From contig CAZCWI010000002.1 in assembly GCA_964502325.1 (NCBI GenBank), positions 1-36,589 of the forward strand: DNA of 36,589 bases, in the 5' to 3' direction. The notes beneath the pieces were generated by a model. It saw only the letters and a program-made list of their open reading frames with translations. It was not told where the DNA came from and made no database searches. The stretch comes from an uncultured Candidatus Nitrosotenuis sp. GTDB taxonomy: Archaea; Thermoproteota; Nitrososphaeria; Nitrososphaerales; Nitrosopumilaceae. The translations under genes were made by a program, and so were the position numbers. Numbering within the stretch: position 1 is the first letter of the stretch; every line of letters begins with the position of its first letter. This document shows, piece after piece, positions 28,502 to 36,589 of the stretch.

Positions 28502-29026
28502 ATGACCTCTTGCTCAGGCTGTGGAATAGTGCTGGGGTTTAAGAAATACAAATTCCAGAAAATGTGGCGAATCCCTGGATATTATTGTAAAGAATGTATG
28601 CTGGAATTAGGCAAAGACTTTGACAAGCATGCGAGAATAACTCTTCCAACACGCTCATGCGATCTTTGCAATGGGGAGTTTTATTATCTAAAATCAACTT
28701 GGCAAGGAAAACAACAAAAACATTATTGCGATGTCTGTCATCAGGCAGTGCTTAGTGGCGTAATTCCACGCACGCAAGGACGCACGTCTCCAATCACGCC
28801 CAAAATTCCTCTGGTGATGACCATCTTTGCAGGACTCGGAGTTTTGATGATGGCGATGGGACTGATTTTTACTCTGATGGTTACGCCAGGCAATGATCAA
28901 AATATTGTAAACATAATGTTTGGCGCTATTACCACCGCATTGGGGTTTATCTTGTTTAAAAAGACCATGAAGTCTAGAAGTCTGATTGTAGGTAAGAGCA
29001 AAATTCCGTCCGACGATCTAAGATAA
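28502..29026 (+). CDS. Zn-finger (4x CxxC) protein with two C-terminal TM helices
   Basis: CSGC, CKEC, CDLC, CDVC; GGTGA RBS; starts 12 nt after the dur3 stop. Confidence 0.8.
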   Translation: MTSCSGCGIVLGFKKYKFQKMWRIPGYYCKECMLELGKDFDKHARITLPTRSCDLCNGEFYYLKSTWQGKQQKHYCDVCHQAVLSGVIPRTQGRTSPITPKIPLVMTIFAGLGVLMMAMGLIFTLMVTPGNDQNIVNIMFGAITTALGFILFKKTMKSRSLIVGKSKIPSDDLR

Positions 29027-29092
29027 AACAACAAACTCAAACATTAAATTTTTTTAATTGCATATTACTTTTTAAATCTCTTGACTCTGTGA

Positions 29093-29185
29093 ATGCTTAT
29101 GAAACCTAATAGCCCGCGACGCCAAAAATTCATGTTGGCCCTAATCGGGGTCTGCGCCGCAATTCTTCTATTGGTGAACATGTGA
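29093..29185 (+). CDS. Putative 28-30 aa membrane peptide
   Basis: MLMKPNSPRRQKFMLALIGVCAAILLLVNM*; TTTAAA at 29071-29076 is suitably spaced for a leaderless start at ATG 29099. Confidence 0.4.
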   Translation: MLMKPNSPRRQKFMLALIGVCAAILLLVNM

Positions 29186-29360
29186 CATTAACTTTCTCGC
29201 AAAAAATTCATTTAAAATAACATTACAAATAAGAAATAGTTTGTATCTGATCTGCAAAAATCTATTGGAATTTTATACAAAAAAATTAGAATGTGAAAAC
29301 ATAATTCATAAACTGAGTCATTATGGAATTTCGTTTTAAGACTGTGGAATCATGCATCGG

Positions 29361-29385
29361 TTTAAAGCACCTAGTAAAATTTACT
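29361..29385 (+). promoter_or_regulatory. TATA box and AGTAAA-A-TTTACT palindrome upstream of the PEF-CTERM gene
   Basis: TTTAAA 29361-29366; palindrome 29373-29385; start codon at 29390. Confidence 0.5.
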
Positions 29386-29389
29386 CATT

Positions 29390-30499
29390 TTGTTGAAATC
29401 GCTACTTGCTGTTCTAACTCTTGTCGTAATTGCGTCTTCCGCTTCAACTGCGTTTGCAGATACTGATTATGATGAAAGACTCGCATTTGCAGGATCACTT
29501 GAGGAGACACTTGGTCATTTCTGGGCAATCGAACAAAACCTGGATGATGACAACGCAGAACTTGCACTGGTACATGCAACTCATCCGATTGCCGAATTAT
29601 ACGATATAATGAAACCAGTACTGCAGAGTAACAGTCCTGATTTAGATTCTAAAGTAAACCAGATTCTCATGGATCTTGGCAAAAAGACTGGCCAGGATGT
29701 GACCCGTCAAGACGCTCAGGATGCAATCGATGAGGCAAAAGATGTAGTTGAAATTGCAAGAACCGCAATAGTCGGAGACGAACTTAGCCAAGATCTAAAT
29801 TTCAAGATGAAACTAATGCAAGGACTCCTAGAGACATCCAAAGGCGAATATGAGGAGGCAATAACAGACGGCGAGATAAGCATGATGGCCGAATTCCAAG
29901 ACGGCTCTGCATTTGTCTGGCGCTCCCAGCAAATCTTTGACGAAATAAAATCAGAATTACCAGAACATGAGGCAGAAGAGATTGAAGAATTCTACGGTGA
30001 CCTGTGGTCTGGATATGACTCCAGAGCAAACCCGGCAGACATTGCAGTTTTTGCAGACGGGGTAATCCACGAGCTTGACGAAGTTATGGGCGTTGAAAGC
30101 GATGATACCGATCTTTTAGATTATGTTGAAAACATAAGATCACTATTGAAAGAGACAAAAGAAGAATATGCTGCTGGAAATACCGATGTGGCACTGAGCC
30201 TTGCTACAAAGGCATACTTGGATAACTATGAATTTTTAGAGTCTCCGATTGCTCAGCAAAACCCTGAGCTAAAAGATGAGATTGAACTTATGATGCGCGA
30301 GGAATTACGCGATATGATTAAAGCTGGCGCACCTGCCTCAGAAATAAATGCACAGGTTGATGCAATACTTCTCAAGATGAACGATGTTGCAAAAATCGTC
30401 CCAGAGTTTCCATTTGGCGCCTTGATTGCAATGACATCAATCCTGGGCGTGGTTATAGCGATAACCAAAATCAAGGGTTCAAAACTAATCAGAAAATAA
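29390..30499 (+). CDS. Secreted acidic helical-bundle protein with PEF(G)-CTERM anchor, probably metal-binding
   Basis: Signal peptide ending AFA, HATHP and AYLDNYEFLE motifs, C-terminal VPEF + TM + basic tail. Confidence 0.8.
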   Translation: MLKSLLAVLTLVVIASSASTAFADTDYDERLAFAGSLEETLGHFWAIEQNLDDDNAELALVHATHPIAELYDIMKPVLQSNSPDLDSKVNQILMDLGKKTGQDVTRQDAQDAIDEAKDVVEIARTAIVGDELSQDLNFKMKLMQGLLETSKGEYEEAITDGEISMMAEFQDGSAFVWRSQQIFDEIKSELPEHEAEEIEEFYGDLWSGYDSRANPADIAVFADGVIHELDEVMGVESDDTDLLDYVENIRSLLKETKEEYAAGNTDVALSLATKAYLDNYEFLESPIAQQNPELKDEIELMMREELRDMIKAGAPASEINAQVDAILLKMNDVAKIVPEFPFGALIAMTSILGVVIAITKIKGSKLIRK

Positions 30500-30604
30500 G
30501 TTTTTGAGAGCGCGTTTCTGCCGGCACACTGTCAGGCAAAGTCAAATCAAATTGCCATTAAGACTCTAGTAAACAATATACATCTAATACTGATCATTCT
30601 TCTC

Positions 30605-30967
30605 ATGCAGGTTTTCAACGGAAAGGCAGCAGCAGAAGACTACATGTCCGCTCACACACTTGCTTTCTCCACGCCTGAACTTACGCTTATGAGGTACTCC
30701 TTTTGGCTTGCAGATATCATCCCTGATCCAAAGAACAAGGACAGCACCATTCCAAGAATCATGGCATATGTTGAGGAAAAAGACTTTGCACCAGTAAACA
30801 TAATCGACGATGACAAATACGAACCAACAGGCGCTGTCAGAAACACAAGCATGTATGGAAATGTAAACAAGGTATCTGACTCTGACACAAAATTCTGCTC
30901 AGACTGTGGCTCTAAAATTTCACTCGCTGCCAAATTTTGTACAGAATGCGGCGCAACTCAAGACTGA
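30605..30967 (+). CDS. Zinc-ribbon domain protein
   Basis: C-terminal KFCSDCG...KFCTECG. Confidence 0.8.
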   Translation: MQVFNGKAAAEDYMSAHTLAFSTPELTLMRYSFWLADIIPDPKNKDSTIPRIMAYVEEKDFAPVNIIDDDKYEPTGAVRNTSMYGNVNKVSDSDTKFCSDCGSKISLAAKFCTECGATQD

Positions 30968-31306
30968 TGTTTTTACAAGAAATTATTGAGAAAATCGTCA
31001 TCCATAGTCTTCAAAGATATTTTTTCACTCTAAATAAAAGAGTAGTCACCAGTCCAGTGATCAAAATCTGCCAATAGCAATTTTCCAGATTTGGTTGGAC
31101 GATTAGCTGTACATTCTTGTACTGGTGACTCTCTTTGACCTTGACTGCGATACTGATTGCTGCAAGATCAAAATAGATTACACATTTGTAATTATTAAAA
31201 ATGTTTAACATTGTAACGTGCAATTTCATCAGACTAGTACAAAACCAAAGAACAACAAACTGAAATCAGCATTATTCTTAATTTGCTCTGCCTTGTTCTT
31301 TGTCTT

Positions 31307-31621
31307 ATGAGTCAAACAGAATTAATTTCTCAAAGAAAACCATGGGTTCTTGTAAGTATACTAAAAGAATCTACAAATGAGCAGGATATAGAAAGAGTGC
31401 GACCTCAAATAAGCAATTTGATTGACGCTTGGCAGTCACAGGGACGAATAATGTGGTCCGGCGCATTAAGCGACAACAAGACGGGAATAGCGATATTTGA
31501 GGCTACAGACGAAGAGGCAAACTCAATTTATGACAACTATGACAGGATCTGCTCAAACGTGCTTGATTACTATCTGTATCAATGGGATGCAATGCCAATT
31601 CTGTCGTTCCTTGGCAAATAA
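31307..31621 (+). CDS. YCII-like dimeric alpha/beta barrel protein
   Basis: GRIMWSGAL...TGIAIFEATDEEA pattern; ATG 31307 preferred. Confidence 0.6.
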   Translation: MSQTELISQRKPWVLVSILKESTNEQDIERVRPQISNLIDAWQSQGRIMWSGALSDNKTGIAIFEATDEEANSIYDNYDRICSNVLDYYLYQWDAMPILSFLGK

Positions 31622-31632
31622 AATAGCAAAAA

Positions 31633-31845
31633 ATGGCAAGAACCTTTGCGGAGTGGTGGAATACAATTCCAGAAGATCTGCGTAACAAAGTTAGAAGTGG
31701 CGACGAACAAAACAGGCCGCTGCTAAACCAAATTAATTTCATCTGGGTTAGTAACCTGATGCATAGCAAACCCGATCTCAATCCGACCGCACGCGAACTG
31801 CTCGAGTGGATCGTGACAGGCCAGATTGACGCGATGAGAAAATAA
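31633..31845 (+). CDS. Hypothetical 70-aa protein
   Basis: Clean ORF 11 nt after the previous stop; Trp-rich helical composition. Confidence 0.65.
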   Translation: MARTFAEWWNTIPEDLRNKVRSGDEQNRPLLNQINFIWVSNLMHSKPDLNPTARELLEWIVTGQIDAMRK

Positions 31846-31900
31846 TCCCACTGCGCACATCGGCTGATTTTGTAAAATTGAAAACCGTCCTAACTCACAT

Positions 31901-32341
31901 TCAAATCATGGTTGTTTTGCCTGATAACTTTTCAATTCGCCCCTTGTACTTTTCTTTATACAGTCCCCTGCACGACGTGCAGCAAAAAAACCTCTCAAAA
32001 TTTGCAAATTTCAAAATGCTCGGCTTTTCAGGAACCGGTCCCTCACAATAATCGCAAGACATCTTGACAAGCAAGCCCTTTGTGATCTTTACATCGTGAT
32101 TTTTAATGGTCTTTGAGCGTATCGCATCTATCTTTGTGCCTGCTTTGTTCTCAAGCTTCCCAAAGTCTATGATTGGCAAAACTGCTTTTATCAGACCAAT
32201 GTTCACCAGCCTCTCGTATCGCGCTTTTACTGTAGGTGTGCTTACCTTGATCTCCCTTGAAATCTGCCTGAACGACTTTCGTCCATCCTTGTTTAGGGAT
32301 TCAAGTATCGCATAATCAATGTCGTCCAGCTTAAATGGCAC
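31901..32341 (-). CDS. copR: Lrp/AsnC-HTH + TRASH domain copper regulator (CopR/CopT type)
   Basis: LDDIDYAILESLNKDGRKSFRQIS HTH; CDYC...FFCCTSC TRASH motif; divergent from copA. Confidence 0.88.
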   Translation of the reverse strand: MPFKLDDIDYAILESLNKDGRKSFRQISREIKVSTPTVKARYERLVNIGLIKAVLPIIDFGKLENKAGTKIDAIRSKTIKNHDVKITKGLLVKMSCDYCEGPVPEKPSILKFANFERFFCCTSCRGLYKEKYKGRIEKLSGKTTMI

Positions 32342-32371
32342 AGTATCTGTCTGGCTGATTGTCTTTTATAG

Positions 32372-32389
32372 ACTTTACAATTGTAAAGT
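32372..32389. promoter_or_regulatory. Perfect 18-bp palindrome, candidate cop operator
   Basis: ACTTTACAATTGTAAAGT lies between the two divergent TATA-like boxes (TTTTATA 32364-32370; TTTTAA 32395-32400). Confidence 0.75.
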
Positions 32390-32428
32390 ATTGATTTTAA
32401 GTACGCAATAAAACCATTCCACTGTATA

Positions 32429-34825
32429 ATGGACACAAAGCAAACCGTACTGAAAATCGGCGGCATGCATTGCGCAGGCTGTGTAAACTCTATTCAGAAC
32501 TACGTTTCCAAGCTTGACGGCGTGCAAAAATGCGAAGTAAGCCTGGCATCGCAAAAGGCGTTCTTGGAGTTTGATCCTAGCGTATCTGATTTATCCAAAA
32601 TAGAAAGCGCGGTAAGAGTAGCCGGCTATTCCGTAATTTACGAAAAGCTCACAATGAAGGTGGGTGGAATCACGGATTCTTCTGATGCCGATAATTTAGA
32701 AAGAAAATTCCGGGAAATGGATGGAATAAAGGATGCATCCGTAAACTATGGGAACAGTCAGGCCATAATACAATACAATTCGGCACTGATTTCACTATCT
32801 GATATACGGCGATTCCTGGCAAAAAGTGGTTACCAGATCCTAAGTGAGGATCTGTCTGCATCCGCAGAGGAAATAGAGGCAAAAAAACTCAAAAAGCTAT
32901 TTGCAATAGCGTCTGTTTTCACAATTCCGATCGTCTTGCTTGGCATGCCTGACTTTTTTTCATTCATTCCAATTTCTGGGACTGCCTACTCTGCATATGT
33001 TTTGTTTTTGTGCGCAAGCGTGGTTCAGTTTGTTGCAGGTAGCAGATTCTACGTTGGAGCATACAGAATTGCCAGACTGAAATCTGCAAACATGGACACA
33101 CTAGTTGTTGTGGGAACCACGGCAGCCTATCTGTTTAGCGTATACAATACGTTTCCCGTACCTATCTGGCACAATCTGTACTATGATGCAGGTGCCGCTG
33201 TCATGACATTCATCATACTTGGAAAGTATCTTGAAAACAAGACTAAGGGAAAAACATCATCTGCAATTAAAAAAATGCTGGATCTTTCCCCCAAGACTGC
33301 CAGAGTGAAAAGAAACGATGAGGAAGTCGAAGTACCTATCGAACTGATAAAACCAGGCGACATCATAGTGTTAAGGCCTGGCGAAAAGATTCCGGTGGAC
33401 AGTGTTGTAGTGTACGGGCACTCTGCAGTGGACGAATCCATGATTACCGGCGAATCAATACCAATTGAAAAAAAAATCGGTGATCTGGTTATTGGAAGTA
33501 CCGTGAACAAGGAAGGCGTATTGCAGATTAGGGCAGAAAAAGTTGGAAGCGATACCATTCTCTCACAAATTGTCAGACTAGTAGAGGACGCAATGGGCAA
33601 AAAGCCGCCCATGCAAAAGATGGTTGATAAGATAGCAGGATACTTTGCGTTTATTGTAATGGCGATGTCTCTTGGAACTTTTCTTGCATGGTATTTTTTT
33701 ACCGTTCACGGCGAGCATCACTTTGCGGCATCCCTGATTCCGGCAGTTGCAATATTGGTAGTTGCATGCCCCTGTGCACTCGGACTTGCTACGCCCACTG
33801 CCGTTATGGTCGGAATGGGGAAGGGCGCGCAAAACGGGGTCTTGTTCAAGAGCGGTGAGGCGTTAGAAGCGCTGAGAAAAGTCAACACTGTGGTATTTGA
33901 CAAGACCGGCACTCTGACGGCAGGAAAGCCCTGTGTGACTGACATCGTGTCCCTTGACAGTTCGTTTGACGAAAGGAAGATTCTGGAACTTGCAGCAATT
34001 GCTGAAAAGAATTCTGAGCATCCTCTGGGAAAAGCAATTTTGCAAAAGGCGCAGGATGATATGATTGTAATTCCAAGCGCATCTGATTTTGTATCTGTGC
34101 CAGGAAAGGGAATCATCGCAGAACATGGCAATTCTAGGATCTTTGTTGGAAGTGCCAAGTTTTTTTCGGACGCAAGCTTGGAATCTGACTATGAACCATT
34201 GCTGCAGCTACAGCGAGAGGGAAAAACTGGAATCCTAGTCGGGCTAGATAAAAAACCGATTGGAATCATAGGAATACTTGATGTGCCAAGACAGGAAGCA
34301 TCTGCAGTTGTGAATCACTTGAAGAAAATGAAAATCCAAGTAATAATGCTGACTGGGGATAATCAGAAAACAGCAGATACTGTAGCTAAGGAAATCGGAA
34401 TTGACAGGGTAATCGCAAACGTCTTGCCGGATCAAAAAGCAGACGAAATAAGAAAACTGCAAGAGGGTGGAAACAAGGTTGCAATGGTCGGAGACGGGAT
34501 AAACGATGCAGCTGCCCTGACCCTGTCCGATGTTGGAATTGCTATGTCTAGTGGGACTGATATTGCCATTGAGGCAGGAAAAATTATTCTAGTGCGAAGT
34601 AATCTAAATGACGTTTTGTCTGCATTTGAGATAAGCAAAAAAACAGTAGAAAAAATAAAGCAAAATCTTTTTTATGCATTTGTGTATAATGCGGCCCTGA
34701 TTCCAGTTGCTGGGCTTGGATTGCTTTATCCAACTATAGCGGGAATGGCAATGGCTGCCAGCTCTGTTTCTGTAACCGGAAGCTCTTTGGCGCTGAAAAG
34801 ATGGAATCCTAAACGACGTCCTTAG
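32429..34825 (+). CDS. copA: Cu(I)-translocating P1B-type ATPase
   Basis: [47 protein letters not shown]. Confidence 0.95.
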   Translation: MDTKQTVLKIGGMHCAGCVNSIQNYVSKLDGVQKCEVSLASQKAFLEFDPSVSDLSKIESAVRVAGYSVIYEKLTMKVGGITDSSDADNLERKFREMDGIKDASVNYGNSQAIIQYNSALISLSDIRRFLAKSGYQILSEDLSASAEEIEAKKLKKLFAIASVFTIPIVLLGMPDFFSFIPISGTAYSAYVLFLCASVVQFVAGSRFYVGAYRIARLKSANMDTLVVVGTTAAYLFSVYNTFPVPIWHNLYYDAGAAVMTFIILGKYLENKTKGKTSSAIKKMLDLSPKTARVKRNDEEVEVPIELIKPGDIIVLRPGEKIPVDSVVVYGHSAVDESMITGESIPIEKKIGDLVIGSTVNKEGVLQIRAEKVGSDTILSQIVRLVEDAMGKKPPMQKMVDKIAGYFAFIVMAMSLGTFLAWYFFTVHGEHHFAASLIPAVAILVVACPCALGLATPTAVMVGMGKGAQNGVLFKSGEALEALRKVNTVVFDKTGTLTAGKPCVTDIVSLDSSFDERKILELAAIAEKNSEHPLGKAILQKAQDDMIVIPSASDFVSVPGKGIIAEHGNSRIFVGSAKFFSDASLESDYEPLLQLQREGKTGILVGLDKKPIGIIGILDVPRQEASAVVNHLKKMKIQVIMLTGDNQKTADTVAKEIGIDRVIANVLPDQKADEIRKLQEGGNKVAMVGDGINDAAALTLSDVGIAMSSGTDIAIEAGKIILVRSNLNDVLSAFEISKKTVEKIKQNLFYAFVYNAALIPVAGLGLLYPTIAGMAMAASSVSVTGSSLALKRWNPKRRP

Positions 34826-34834
34826 CGTGAGATT
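34820..34834 (+). repeat. 15-bp direct repeat, copy 1
   Basis: CCTTAGCGTGAGATT, identical to 36413-36427; overlaps the copA stop. Confidence 0.7.
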
Positions 34835-34903
34835 GTGCTACAAATGGTCGGATTTGTTTTTCACAAGTCAAAAAATGAGTTGTTTTAGGTACAAAATTAC
34901 TAA

Positions 34904-35308
34904 TTACGTGCCGTCCGTAAATCGCGACTGTTCGGAGTCAAACACACTCACTACATGGCCTGCCAGCTTTTCAATGTCAAGCGTATGATCCGCTGAAATT
35001 AACAATGTCAAATCCGTTAGCGGAAAGCTGATTAAAACAATTTTGTCTCTTCTTGCAGCAATGTAGTTTATTGGACCCAGCGAGTCATCAAATGACTTTC
35101 TATGCGAGATTTCATATGCAAACTCCATGAATTCCTCCAGCCTGAGTTTGTCTTTTTCAAGTGGGATTATCCCTCTTTTGAATCCGCCTGCAACTATCAT
35201 TCCATCACTGTCGACTATTGCAGCAAATCTGATTTCTTTTTCTTCTGTTAATTGTTTGCACTTTGCATCGTGCCCCGGATATAGGATTTTGTGGAGTAGA
35301 GGTTTCAT
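34904..35308 (-). CDS. Thaumarchaeal roadblock/profilin-like small protein (DUF6659-like)
   Basis: IRFAAIVDSDGMIVAGG...FDDSLGPINYIAARRDKIVLISFP pattern; ATGA overlap with the upstream gene. Confidence 0.75.
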   Translation of the reverse strand: MKPLLHKILYPGHDAKCKQLTEEKEIRFAAIVDSDGMIVAGGFKRGIIPLEKDKLRLEEFMEFAYEISHRKSFDDSLGPINYIAARRDKIVLISFPLTDLTLLISADHTLDIEKLAGHVVSVFDSEQSRFTDGT

Positions 35309-35550
35309 TCCTGTCCCTCTATCCCCATCAAAGTCAGAGTAGATCGAATTCTGTCAATGCTACGAATTCTCGATGTGATGATATCACGTACCATCTCACT
35401 TGACGGAGCTTCAACTTTGGCAATTATGTCATATGCCCCAAAGACTCCGTGCATTTCTTTTACCCTGCCGACTGATTTTAGTTCGGTGATTACCTTTTCC
35501 TCAGATCCAAGATCACAGTTTATCAAAACATATGCCGACGACAAAATCAT
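35305..35550 (-). CDS. Stand-alone Lrp/AsnC ligand-binding (RAM) domain protein
   Basis: AYVLINCDLGSE...VFGAYDIIAKVE...IRSTLTL; start at ATG 35550 (ATGA overlap). Confidence 0.88.
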   Translation of the reverse strand: MILSSAYVLINCDLGSEEKVITELKSVGRVKEMHGVFGAYDIIAKVEAPSSEMVRDIITSRIRSIDRIRSTLTLMGIEGQE

Positions 35551-35690
35551 CTCTCCGGAATATGCTTTTTGCAATAACACTTTAGGTCTGTGCATTCTTT
35601 GAGCGCTTTTAGGTATTCATCCATTGGTTTTTTCTCGTAGTCGCAAAAGCAGACTTCTGCCTCGTCTCCACATTCTATACAGTAGCTCAT
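35547..35690 (-). CDS. 47-aa Cys-rich microprotein (7 Cys)
   Basis: Hand translation MSYCIECGDEAEVCFCDYEKKPMDEYLKALKECTDLKCYCKKHIPER*; its stop overlaps the next ATG; TATATAT about 21-28 nt upstream. Confidence 0.7.
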   Translation of the reverse strand: MSYCIECGDEAEVCFCDYEKKPMDEYLKALKECTDLKCYCKKHIPER

Positions 35691-36121
35691 GCCAAGTATA
35701 GCACGTTTACATATATATGATGAATCATTGAAAATCCATTAATTCATTTGATTGAATAATGTAATGCCATACAAATGTTTATTATTTTCAGTTAATTCCC
35801 AACAAAATCAAACATTTGCAAAGTGATCGTATTCATGCCTGAACAGATTATCAGAAAACACAAACGTATCCTTATCTTCCTTGATGACGTATCGTATGAC
35901 AAGAAGCTGACACGACATAGAGGCCTGTGTTGTTGTGGCACCAGTTTGCCGGTGGACACTCCCCGTCTGCCCAAAGCAAAAGATGTCTTTCAGCGGGTCA
36001 GCTTCAGTCCTATCTCCACAAAAATACTAGCGAATTTAGATTTCAAAATATCTTGCGTGCTAGCCTGCTCAACTCAAATTGCCATTGAAAATCTTAAAAG
36101 GCTCATCGATGTACCATACCA

Positions 36122-36232
36122 ATGGAAGATCAAATCCCACAATGCCAATGTCCTCCAGGGTCTGAAAGCTACGAAAATGAAGATGGGGTCAACATCTGCC
36201 GTTCCTGCGGTGGATGGGTACCGCTCAAGTAA
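36122..36232 (+). CDS. 36-aa Zn-finger-like microprotein (CxC...CxxCGG)
   Basis: MEDQIPQCQCPPGSESYENEDGVNICRSCGGWVPLK*; TTAAAA about 25 nt upstream. Confidence 0.6.
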   Translation: MEDQIPQCQCPPGSESYENEDGVNICRSCGGWVPLK

Positions 36233-36412
36233 TATAGAATTATTCAGAGGGTACGCCACAAATTGGATGATCAAAAGACTGTCTCTAGACGTGCTCACGG
36301 TTTTTCTATATGGTGTAAAAATAATCATACATGTAGATTTTACAGTACATGATCATGTTATTTGATTTTATGCTGAGGCCTGATAGTGCTTGCATTGCGA
36401 TGGCTTGCTACG

Positions 36413-36427
36413 CCTTAGCGTGAGATT
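36413..36427 (+). repeat. 15-bp direct repeat, copy 2
   Basis: CCTTAGCGTGAGATT, identical to 34820-34834. Confidence 0.7.
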
Positions 36428-36534
36428 TTCTCGTTATCTTGTAGGTATGTTCCAAGGATCTATGGGTGTCTATGGTCTAAAAAGCATCAAACTATGATCG
36501 TTGGCCAAAAAGATGCCTGATTTTTGTTTAATAG

Positions 36535-36589
36535 TGGTGGACTGGGAGGGAATTGAACCCTCGACTTCTGCATTGCGAATGCAGCATTA
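36535..36589 (-). tRNA. tRNA-Ala(CGC), 5' part outside the window, CCA encoded
   Basis: Reverse complement shows anticodon arm CTGCA-TT-CGC-AA-TGCAG, T arm GAGGG-TTCAATT-CCCTC and 3' end CCAGTCC-A-CCA. Confidence 0.93.

Noticed and set aside
31011-31229. 72-aa minus ORF
   Set aside because: AT-rich, no motif, and overlaps probable promoter DNA.
35823-36365. 180-aa ORF as a real gene or transposase remnant
   Set aside because: No recognisable domain or terminal inverted repeats; it contains a better microprotein in another frame.
36391-36400. TGCATTGCGA matching the tRNA-Ala anticodon arm (possible att remnant)
   Set aside because: Only 10 bp; no duplicated tRNA 3' end or integrase was found in the window.

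Overview
The window looks like chromosome of an ammonia-oxidising archaeon (Nitrososphaerota, Nitrosopumilaceae/Nitrosotenuis-like; inferred from the ADP-forming 4-hydroxybutyrate-CoA ligase, 4-hydroxybutyryl-CoA dehydratase, a PEF-CTERM protein, a TRASH regulator and apparently leaderless genes). In order it contains: (1) a 5'-truncated ureohydrolase coupled to a divergent urease-gamma (UreA)-like paralog and a His-rich UreH-type Ni transporter; (2) small membrane genes and RNase HI; (3) two HP/HB carbon-fixation genes separated by about 5.6 kb holding microproteins, an HxlR-regulated arsM-arsC-aquaporin operon, sbtAB and tag; (4) malic enzyme, signal peptidase, thioredoxin and zinc-ribbon genes; (5) a urea-use cluster (orphan ParB, Lrp, DUR3-USP fusion, ureEFGD divergent from ureABC, a second DUR3, a Zn-finger membrane protein); (6) a surface PEF-CTERM protein, copR-copA with a perfect 18-bp palindrome, a small three-gene operon led by a Cys-rich microprotein, and the 3' part of tRNA-Ala(CGC). 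The best candidate for an undescribed system is the ureohydrolase + UreA-like subunit + Ni transporter operon, possibly a Ni-dependent hydrolase releasing urea from a guanidino compound for the nearby urease. All family calls come from recalled motifs; no searches were run.
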